A DNA stretch of 37,810 nt from a virus (lineage: Duplodnaviria; Caudoviricetes). A program made the translations under genes and the position numbers. Below are positions 25,840 through 32,913 of this stretch, one piece after another. The notes beneath the pieces were generated by a model. It was not told where the DNA came from. It was given only the letters and a program-made list of their open reading frames with translations, and did no database searches. Position 1 is the stretch's first letter. Every line of letters begins with the position of its first letter. The stretch spans positions 1-37,810 of the IMG/VR virus record IMGVR_UViG_3300020045_000485. The stretch is one strand, 5' to 3'.

Positions 25840-26104
25840 GGATTTTAAATTTAGATTTATAATATTTGAAATTGATAAACGAAACTAGAACGGACAAAAC
25901 CGCCAATAAGAAGATCTCGTCCCGAGACAAGACCCAAGACCACCCGAGCGACGACGCCAGCGTAAACCAAAACGTTAAACACGCGGCGCAGTTAAAGGGT
26001 TTGAACGGGAACAACGGCCCAAAAGGAACCGTCGACCAGTGCGCTAACCGTCTGCAAATGAGCGGGTTAACTATTATTAAAAATATTGTAATGGCTACTT
26101 CCAT
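25832..26104 (-). CDS. Small membrane protein with CxxC motif
   Basis: Three hydrophobic segments; KPFNCAACLTFW. Confidence 0.7.
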   Translation of the reverse strand: MEVAITIFLIIVNPLICRRLAHWSTVPFGPLFPFKPFNCAACLTFWFTLASSLGWSWVLSRDEIFLLAVLSVLVSFINFKYYKSKFKIHG

Positions 26105-26119
26105 ACTATAAAGATAAAA
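26105..26119 (-). promoter_or_regulatory. Putative late promoter TATCTTTA-N4-ATG
   Basis: Minus strand reads tttTATCTTTAtagtATG, immediately after the sigma-like gene. Confidence 0.6.
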
Positions 26120-26121
26120 TT

Positions 26122-26754
26122 TTATATTATTGATAGCAGGAAGTCGCGTCGCCCGTCAAACTCCAAAACGACCGCCTTTTTAATGTCGCCAATCGCGCGC
26201 CATATTTTTTGGTGCGGCATGCCTAAGAGGTTCGCTAATTTCTTATAGCTAATTTCGGGCTGTAGTTCCATGTAGATTTCGAACAGGCTAACATTTTCTT
26301 GCGCGAAGTTCGCGCGCACATACTCCAAAACTTCCGCGCGCAAAACGTTGGTAACGTCTTCGTAAAGTGCGCAGTCGTACGCGTCTGTCGCGAGCGTGTC
26401 GATTAAGTTAATGCGGTCGTCGTCGTAGCCTTCGTCGATGCTAACCAAGCGCGCAACGCTTGCGCCCTGCTTTTTCTTCGCAGCTACGAAATTCGTATGG
26501 TAAGCGCGCAAGTAATACCATTTATATTTCCCGCTAATAACTAGCCCTTTGAGTTCGATGTCTTGGTATATCTTTAGCGCCGTATCTGTAGCCACCTCGT
26601 CGTCGAACTTGTGCGCGTATATCAAAACATCGCGCAAGGTTTCGAAGCGCGTACCGAACCATCCCATAAAAGCGCGGGCAGCGAATAAACTTTCCTTAGT
26701 CGCCTTTTCGTCGCCGACTAACTTAACATACTTTTTACCCTTATTAGTACCCAT
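26122..26754 (-). CDS. Sigma70/ECF-like phage transcription factor (putative late regulator)
   Basis: Region 2-like DEVATDTALKIY...Y.LRAY..NF, LVSIDE, and region 4 HTH ISYKKLANLLGMPHQKIWRAI; last gene of the replication operon. Confidence 0.7.
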   Translation of the reverse strand: MGTNKGKKYVKLVGDEKATKESLFAARAFMGWFGTRFETLRDVLIYAHKFDDEVATDTALKIYQDIELKGLVISGKYKWYYLRAYHTNFVAAKKKQGASVARLVSIDEGYDDDRINLIDTLATDAYDCALYEDVTNVLRAEVLEYVRANFAQENVSLFEIYMELQPEISYKKLANLLGMPHQKIWRAIGDIKKAVVLEFDGRRDFLLSII

Positions 26755-28216
26755 ATTTTTGTCTTAAGTGTTTCAATTCGTTTAATAAAAATGTTTGGTT
26801 GCTGTCCTTTGTCGCTACCCTTTTACGTACGGTTTCGTCGCGCGTGCCTTTAACGATAAGGCGGTGTATATAAATTTCGCGAAGCGCGCCCCTTCTTAGC
26901 AATCTCGCGACCGTTTGTAACCAGTGTTCTAAATTCCACGTGGGCGTAATCCAAACCATACGGCGCCCGCCGAACTGCAAGTTAAGACCGTGGCCCGCCC
27001 CTGCTGGGTGTATTATTAAAAGTCTTATCTCGCCGCGGTTCCACGCGTGGACGTCTTCGGCGGTGCCTTTGCCCTTACGAAGCTGGCGCGCAAAAGGGAA
27101 TCTCTCGACAATCCGCTCGACTTCGTGGCGGAACTGGTAAACCACGATAAACGTTTCGTCGGGATACTCGCCCAATAATTCGCCGAGCGCGTCCAATTTT
27201 AAAGTGTTTAGCGCGTGCCACTGTTTAGGCGCCCCGTCGATACTGTCTTCGTAAACCGCCCCGCTGCTTATCTGTAATAACTTGTTAGACAAATCCGCGG
27301 GCGTCTTCACGGTAACGGCTTCTTCGTTTTCAAACTCTAGTAAATACTCTCGCTCTAGTTCGTTGTATGTTTCCAAATCGAAGGCGTCGAAGGTTAGAAC
27401 CTCGTCGACTATGTGCATTTTCGGAAGTTCCAAATAATCGCCCGTTTGCATACTTAGCGCGATGTCGCGGATTTTATAAGGAATCATTTTTTTTGCGTGG
27501 GGCTTGGGTATCCATTCGTAAGTTATCATCCCATTGCCGCGTGTCGTAAAATATTCGCTTTCAAAATCGGCGAAGGTCGCCCCCAGTCTTTCGCCCCCGT
27601 CTAAAAGTTTAATCTCAGCCCACAAGTCGACGTCGCCGTTAGGGTTGGGCGTGCCTGTCATTCCGATACGGTAGTCGGTGTCGGACATATCCAAAGCCCT
27701 TTCGAGTTTCTTAAACCGCTGCGAGTCGCGCCCTTTGAATAAACTTAACTCGTCGATAACGCAGCTATCGAAAGGCCACGACCCGCGCCATGGGCCGTAA
27801 GCTATCCCAGTGTTACGACTTACCGCTTTTGTAATGTACAAGTCAATAAGCCAACAAAGGTTATCTATACCTATAACGTAAACTTCGGCGGGCTTTGCCA
27901 ATGCCGCCAAGCGCTGCTTAACCGTCCCACATACGACCGACATACGCGTCCCGTTCAAGTGTCGCCACTTAGCCAACTCGTCGGGCCAAGTAACCCGCGC
28001 CACTTTATCGGGGGCGATTACTAGCGTTTTTAAGAACGCTACTTCTTTGTAGTGCATATCATGTAAGTAGCTTAGCGCTATCGCCGTCTTACTTAACGAC
28101 ATACCCAAGAACAAAGCGGCGCGCTTGTTAGCTTCTAAATGTTCGTAGGCTTCTACTTGGTGCGGGTCGGTGTCGTAGGCTTTGCCCGCGACTTGGTCGT
28201 ATAATTGCGCTATCAT
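26744..28216 (-). CDS. SNF2-family helicase
   Basis: HQ, GMSLSKT, IAP, IDELS.FK, MTGTP, KLLQI, HPAGAGHGLNLQ and Q...RL.R.G motifs. Confidence 0.92.
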   Translation of the reverse strand: MIAQLYDQVAGKAYDTDPHQVEAYEHLEANKRAALFLGMSLSKTAIALSYLHDMHYKEVAFLKTLVIAPDKVARVTWPDELAKWRHLNGTRMSVVCGTVKQRLAALAKPAEVYVIGIDNLCWLIDLYITKAVSRNTGIAYGPWRGSWPFDSCVIDELSLFKGRDSQRFKKLERALDMSDTDYRIGMTGTPNPNGDVDLWAEIKLLDGGERLGATFADFESEYFTTRGNGMITYEWIPKPHAKKMIPYKIRDIALSMQTGDYLELPKMHIVDEVLTFDAFDLETYNELEREYLLEFENEEAVTVKTPADLSNKLLQISSGAVYEDSIDGAPKQWHALNTLKLDALGELLGEYPDETFIVVYQFRHEVERIVERFPFARQLRKGKGTAEDVHAWNRGEIRLLIIHPAGAGHGLNLQFGGRRMVWITPTWNLEHWLQTVARLLRRGALREIYIHRLIVKGTRDETVRKRVATKDSNQTFLLNELKHLRQKYGY

Positions 28217-28491
28217 ACCGTTAAGAGTAAAGCGTCCACACCTTCGTAACTGTCGATAACCTCAACACGGAACCCGAAGCGGCGCAACTGTGTGTGTATC
28301 CGTTCCTGTAATTTGCGGGGCTTCTTGCTCGGGGCTTTAAGTTCCACGAAAACAATAACCGCCCCCGCGCCCAGTATTATTCTGTCAGGAAACCCCGCGA
28401 AGAAAAGCGGCGGGAACTTAAGACACCACCAGCCAAGGGCTTCGACGCTTTTAATTAGGTACTTTTCGACTGTTAATTCTCTCATTATCAA
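28213..28491 (-). CDS. VRR-NUC domain nuclease
   Basis: E..VE, G.PDR, FVELKAP and LQ...H motifs. Confidence 0.92.
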   Translation of the reverse strand: MIMRELTVEKYLIKSVEALGWWCLKFPPLFFAGFPDRIILGAGAVIVFVELKAPSKKPRKLQERIHTQLRRFGFRVEVIDSYEGVDALLLTV

Positions 28492-28499
28492 TTATTTAT

Positions 28500-28845
28500 G
28501 AAAAGGTTACAAGAAACGGTTACAAGGTAAAAGGGCTTTGTAACCGCTTAACTTACTGATTATTAATTAATTAAGGGCTAAGGTTACAAAGGTAACACTA
28601 AAAACCCCCTAGAGTATATATTACGTGTATATTACATATTTATACGTGTATATATGCTATTTATCCCTATTTACTTATAATATACTACTATATACTATAA
28701 TATTGTAACTTTGTAACTTATATAAGGCGCGCCCTTGCCCCCGTTGGGTTCGTCGCGGTTACAAGGGTTTAAAATCTTGTAACTTTCTTTGTAACCTTGT
28801 AACCTATTTTTTAGGCTAACTCGTTGGTTTTCAAGGTTGTAACTT
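28500..28845. other. Putative replication origin (GTTACAA iterons flanking an AT-rich core)
   Basis: 11 copies of (G/A)GTTACAA in both orientations; AT-rich 28610-28725; largest non-coding gap, directly downstream of the primase-helicase gene. Confidence 0.8.
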
Positions 28846-31293
28846 TATATATTCGTAACAACGCTGTAACCCGTATAGCTTAATCTTGCGCGGTTTGACT
28901 TCCGCGCGCCACCCGTTTAGTGTTCGTATAATGTTACCGAGTTCGAAACTATCCATACGTTTGATATATTTAACCTCGTTGCCGAGACATTCCGCCCATA
29001 CTTCAATTATGGAAACGTGGCGGCGCGTTTCTGTTCCGACGTTGCTATCGTCTTCTAACCACATGCGGCGCGTTTGCGTGTCCATTTTAGACCAGTCCTT
29101 CGGTAAAAGCCGCTCTAGGTAGTCTGCAATAATACCCGCCCTGTCGTCCTGCTCTAGGTGGTCGGCTTGGACTTCTTCGGCGACCTCTTCCAGCGGGGCG
29201 TCCAAATACAATAACTCGCCGTCGTTGTATCTCTGCTTAGCTTCGCCCCATAACTGCGCCACTGTCGCGGGCGTTAAGTATTCTTTCGGCTGGATTGCGC
29301 CTTCGCGCCCGAACGTGTTAACCATCCAAAAACGGCGGTTTCCTGTGCTATCGCGTAAAGGCGTACTAACGTTAGACGTCGCAAAGAAGACGCAGCGCCG
29401 CGGGAAGTGTTCGTTACGCTTACCATACGCGACGCGAAATATATCGACCCGCTTAGTAACAAAGTGTTTAACCTCGTCGACTTGCGCTTTACGCATGCCC
29501 GCAAGTTCGCCCAGTTCAATAAGCCAAGCGCCTTGCAAAGACTCCATCCCCTTCGTGCCTTCCATGGTCATAAGCGAATTACTAAACCACTCGCCACCCA
29601 TTAACTCTATAGTCGTCGTTTTCTGTTTGCCCTGTTCGCCAAGGATAACCACGACATAATCAAACTTACAACCTTCGTTAAAAATACGGGCCACGGCGGC
29701 AGTGAACGACTTACGCGTTATCGCGCGAATATACGGGCTATCTTCGGCGCCGAACAAGTCAATAAACAAACTGTCCAGCCTAGGCACCCCGTCCCACTTG
29801 CACGCGTTTAAATACGTTTTAACTGGGTGGTAACCATTACCCGAGGTTACGACCTTAAGCGCGTCTTCTATTACGCGAACCGTCGACACCCCGTAAGCCC
29901 GTTCGAGGTATAACCTCAGTTCGGCGTCGTCCGAGTCTCTTAACGGCCTAGGGTATTTTAAGCCCTTCTTGTCCCACGGCAGCGCCTTAAAGGCTGTCTC
30001 GCGCGCGTCAAACTCATTATAAGCAAAGCACCCCTTTAGGTTTTCGTCATTGTGCAGGATTAAAACCGCGTTGCTTATCGTGTTTTTAATTTGGTCTTTG
30101 TTCTTGCCCGTCATTTCCAAGTCTTCGACCCAGTCGTCGGCGCTTCCCACACGTTCCGCGCGCTCTTCTAGGTCGTCGTAATCGTCGGGCTTTGCACGCC
30201 TAGCGGCTAAGAGTTCCTTTTTAACCGCGGCGATATTGCCCGCGAAGTCGGCCATTGCCTTGAACGACGGCAGCTTCGACGTCTCGGTGTCCGCGTTTGT
30301 GCGGTCGTCCATGTCGCCGAACTTGTGCAACCTAACAAGGTCAAAGGCGTTCGATAGCTTAGACCCTGCGGGGTCGGTGGCGTGGTAGCTGTACGCGGTA
30401 AGCCCGTCGAAGACTTCGAGACCTTTCGAGGTGCTGCCGCCGATAAACGAGTACCGCGTCGGGTCGTCGGTCGGTTCGTACACGTCGGCCAAGAACTCGT
30501 CGATAGCTTCGTAGATACTGAACGCGCGGCAAAAGGCACCGATAACGCCCGCCTTAGTGGTGGGGTCTTCGACGGTCGTACCTTTGTGCGGCTTAATGCG
30601 TTCCTGTCTGCTAGAGATAGGCCACGTCGTCGGGTCTTCCCAGTCGTCCAGTGTTGCGAGTATTTCGTCCGCGCTGGCGATAGGTGCGTCGTGTATATCG
30701 AAAAGATACTCAGCGCCTTTGCTGGTGCTGGGGTAATACATTAAGCGCGTAGGCTGGTAGGTCGTGTCGTCAAACAAATCAATACCAAGCCACGACGCAA
30801 CGGTACGGCTTATCGCTTCGTACTCGTCGGGCGCCACTGGTCGGTCGAGCGGGAACACTACGCGTAAGCGGGGGTCTGTCGGTTTGTGTTTGTGGGTCGT
30901 GTAGAACAGGCCCGCGAAGCCCAACTCGCGAAAGTCCAACCATACGTCGAGGTCGCCGAAGTCCACGTCTAGCGCGACCATCTGCCTAAACTCGACGTGT
31001 CCTTTACGGCGTAGGCCGTACGGGTGCTTAACTTCGATGTCGGTCTGTGTGCGCCTGTTGCGCGCAGTCCCGCCCGATAGCTTGCCACCCACGAACCCGC
31101 CGACGTCTTTAATGGCGTCCTGCTGGTCTTTGGGTAGTTTGAAATATTGGGCCTGTGTCTCGGCGGTAACTTCGGTTTCGCTCAGTGAGAGCGCCACGGC
31201 TTGCCAGTCGGTTTTTGTGTTCTTCCACTTAACCGCGTGCGCCGACTTCGCGACCGCGATGTCTAACGGGATATTATGTTTTAGTTTTATCAT
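28831..31293 (-). CDS. Primase-helicase (AEP-like primase N-terminus + VirE/VapE P-loop domain)
   Basis: KDVGGFVGG, LDVD, YTTHKH....PRLRVVFP, H.TDP and NAFDLVRLH in the primase part; WDG.PR, GEQGKQKTT, ELGEL, R.AYG and GNRRFW in the VirE part. Confidence 0.92.
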   Translation of the reverse strand: MIKLKHNIPLDIAVAKSAHAVKWKNTKTDWQAVALSLSETEVTAETQAQYFKLPKDQQDAIKDVGGFVGGKLSGGTARNRRTQTDIEVKHPYGLRRKGHVEFRQMVALDVDFGDLDVWLDFRELGFAGLFYTTHKHKPTDPRLRVVFPLDRPVAPDEYEAISRTVASWLGIDLFDDTTYQPTRLMYYPSTSKGAEYLFDIHDAPIASADEILATLDDWEDPTTWPISSRQERIKPHKGTTVEDPTTKAGVIGAFCRAFSIYEAIDEFLADVYEPTDDPTRYSFIGGSTSKGLEVFDGLTAYSYHATDPAGSKLSNAFDLVRLHKFGDMDDRTNADTETSKLPSFKAMADFAGNIAAVKKELLAARRAKPDDYDDLEERAERVGSADDWVEDLEMTGKNKDQIKNTISNAVLILHNDENLKGCFAYNEFDARETAFKALPWDKKGLKYPRPLRDSDDAELRLYLERAYGVSTVRVIEDALKVVTSGNGYHPVKTYLNACKWDGVPRLDSLFIDLFGAEDSPYIRAITRKSFTAAVARIFNEGCKFDYVVVILGEQGKQKTTTIELMGGEWFSNSLMTMEGTKGMESLQGAWLIELGELAGMRKAQVDEVKHFVTKRVDIFRVAYGKRNEHFPRRCVFFATSNVSTPLRDSTGNRRFWMVNTFGREGAIQPKEYLTPATVAQLWGEAKQRYNDGELLYLDAPLEEVAEEVQADHLEQDDRAGIIADYLERLLPKDWSKMDTQTRRMWLEDDSNVGTETRRHVSIIEVWAECLGNEVKYIKRMDSFELGNIIRTLNGWRAEVKPRKIKLYGLQRCYEYIKLQP

Positions 31294-32156
31294 AACGTTT
31301 TAACGTATTCTTTTAAGGCTTTTCTATACTCTTCGCGCTCTTCGGCTTCGTCGCGTAACAGTCCCGCGTGTATGTCTTTATCGAAAATTTCGTCGATTGC
31401 GTCTTGGCAAAGCGCTTGCAACGTTCGGCGGTCTACCGCGTCAAGTTCGACTTGGCCTATACCGTCCCAGTTTGCCGTCCTGCTATCCGTGTCTTTCACG
31501 GGGGCGGGCGGAAGGTTCCACGCTCGGACTTGATGCTCGAATAACGCGATACGCTTAACCGTTACGTCGGCGCCCATATTGCGTAAGTTCGCTTCTATAC
31601 TACGGGGCATGTCTTCGCCGCTTGGGTCGTAATCGCCGAAGTATAAAATAATACATTCGCGGTCGTCGTACTCTTTGAAACGCTGCGCCGCTTCGTGCAA
31701 GAACGTAAGCGACGGATAACCTTTAACGGCCCCTAGCGCGATACGGTTACGCTGCGCGGTGTCTTCAAACATTTTTTGTAGTGCTTTCTTTTCGATAAAG
31801 ATTTCGGCATAAACGGGCTGGCGTTCCCATCGGTTGCGGTTGTAGTATTGCATCCAGTTAGCCATCGCGTTTTTAGCGTCTTCGATTTGCTCTTCTAGGT
31901 TAGTCGCTTCGGCTTTTGTCTCGCCCACCATTTCACGCTCTAGGTCGCTAAATACTTCGAAGTCGACCCGACCGTCCCAGCGCGCGACTTCCATAGCCGC
32001 GACGACGCGTTTATAATGTCGTTGGGTGTTGAACATTCCGCGCCCTACTAACTGGTAATGTAAAGCCCTTAACGTTAATTCGCCGCGGCTATAGTTCCGT
32101 ATTACGTCTATACTGGTGTCGATTATCCAGTCGCGCGTATAAATGTCTTGTATCAT
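31290..32156 (-). CDS. Topoisomerase VI-A/Spo11-like protein (Mini-A type, winged helix + TOPRIM)
   Basis: TLRALHYQL (Spo11-type R..xY catalytic Tyr motif), IEK..L, KGYPS, YFGDYDPSG (TOPRIM DxD), RIAL...Q and ELDA. Confidence 0.8.
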   Translation of the reverse strand: MIQDIYTRDWIIDTSIDVIRNYSRGELTLRALHYQLVGRGMFNTQRHYKRVVAAMEVARWDGRVDFEVFSDLEREMVGETKAEATNLEEQIEDAKNAMANWMQYYNRNRWERQPVYAEIFIEKKALQKMFEDTAQRNRIALGAVKGYPSLTFLHEAAQRFKEYDDRECIILYFGDYDPSGEDMPRSIEANLRNMGADVTVKRIALFEHQVRAWNLPPAPVKDTDSRTANWDGIGQVELDAVDRRTLQALCQDAIDEIFDKDIHAGLLRDEAEEREEYRKALKEYVKTL

Positions 32157-32455
32157 TTCGCGTAAATTTGGGCGGTAAATATAAAGCGGTCGGGTTGTTC
32201 TTCCATTTCGAGAGCGCTCGCCAAATCTACCGCGGACTTAACGATTATTTCTTGGCGCACTATTTCGATAAAACGTTCTTGCGATAACTGCCCGCGGTAA
32301 CGCTCGAAGCGCTCGTCCAATTCTCGGCGGCTCACTTCATATTTAAGCCTAAATTTGCGCAGCGTGCGCCCATCCAGTTGAACGGTAGGGGCTGGCTTCG
32401 GTGTCGGGTCTAGGCGTTCCGCCCAGCGTCTTAGTAAGTTGGCTAGCTTAATCAT
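32153..32455 (-). CDS. Hypothetical protein
   Basis: 100 aa with ATGA overlaps on both sides. Confidence 0.7.
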   Translation of the reverse strand: MIKLANLLRRWAERLDPTPKPAPTVQLDGRTLRKFRLKYEVSRRELDERFERYRGQLSQERFIEIVRQEIIVKSAVDLASALEMEEQPDRFIFTAQIYAK

Positions 32456-32658
32456 AATATTTCCCAGTTGTTTGAAAATGATTTAAGACTTTCGTAAACT
32501 ACGGGCGAAACTGGCGATAAGCCGTAGGGCTTTATAACGATAACTTCCGAGTGCGGGAGCTCGCAACGGTTGCGAATTACAAACTCGAAGACGTAAACCT
32601 CGCCTGTGCGGTATCCTTCGGAACCGTCGGCGCCTTTAAATTTTGCTTTTACTCTCAT
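32452..32658 (-). CDS. Hypothetical protein
   Basis: 68 aa; KFKG.DGS.GY..G..Y and Y.SL..F..NW pattern; ATGA overlaps. Confidence 0.7.
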   Translation of the reverse strand: MRVKAKFKGADGSEGYRTGEVYVFEFVIRNRCELPHSEVIVIKPYGLSPVSPVVYESLKSFSNNWEIL

Positions 32659-32855
32659 TTTGGTTTATGGTTTTTAATGTAGATTAAAACGGCGATTACG
32701 ATAACGCCCGAAATTACGAACGGGATTAAGATAGGCAGGAAAACCAGCCACCAAGACCACGCGATTACGTCGTACGTTTTTAGGGTCAAGAACAAAAGGA
32801 AAAGGCCCACCGTCAAAACGGTAAGCCAGTTAACTAAAGAATTGCTATTTTTCAT
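32655..32855 (-). CDS. Small two-TM membrane protein (WSWW motif)
   Basis: Start reassigned to ATG 32855; LFL.LK...VI.WSWWLVFLP. Confidence 0.7.
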   Translation of the reverse strand: MKNSNSLVNWLTVLTVGLFLLFLTLKTYDVIAWSWWLVFLPILIPFVISGVIVIAVLIYIKNHKPK

Positions 32856-32913
32856 AATGTTAAAAATTGATTGATTGAACCACAAAGTTAATTAAATATT
32901 TTGGATACGCTAA
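32856..32913 (-). promoter_or_regulatory. Host-type promoter (TTaG-N19-TAACTTTG) with GGTT(CAAH)n leader
   Basis: Minus-strand TAACTTTG at 32890-32883, then tggttcaatcaatcaa; shares TATCCAAA with the 20623 promoter. Confidence 0.72.

Noticed and set aside
31290-32156. Wadjet JetD or a complete type IIB topoisomerase
   Set aside because: No JetABC/SMC genes and no GHKL B subunit are recognisable anywhere in the genome.
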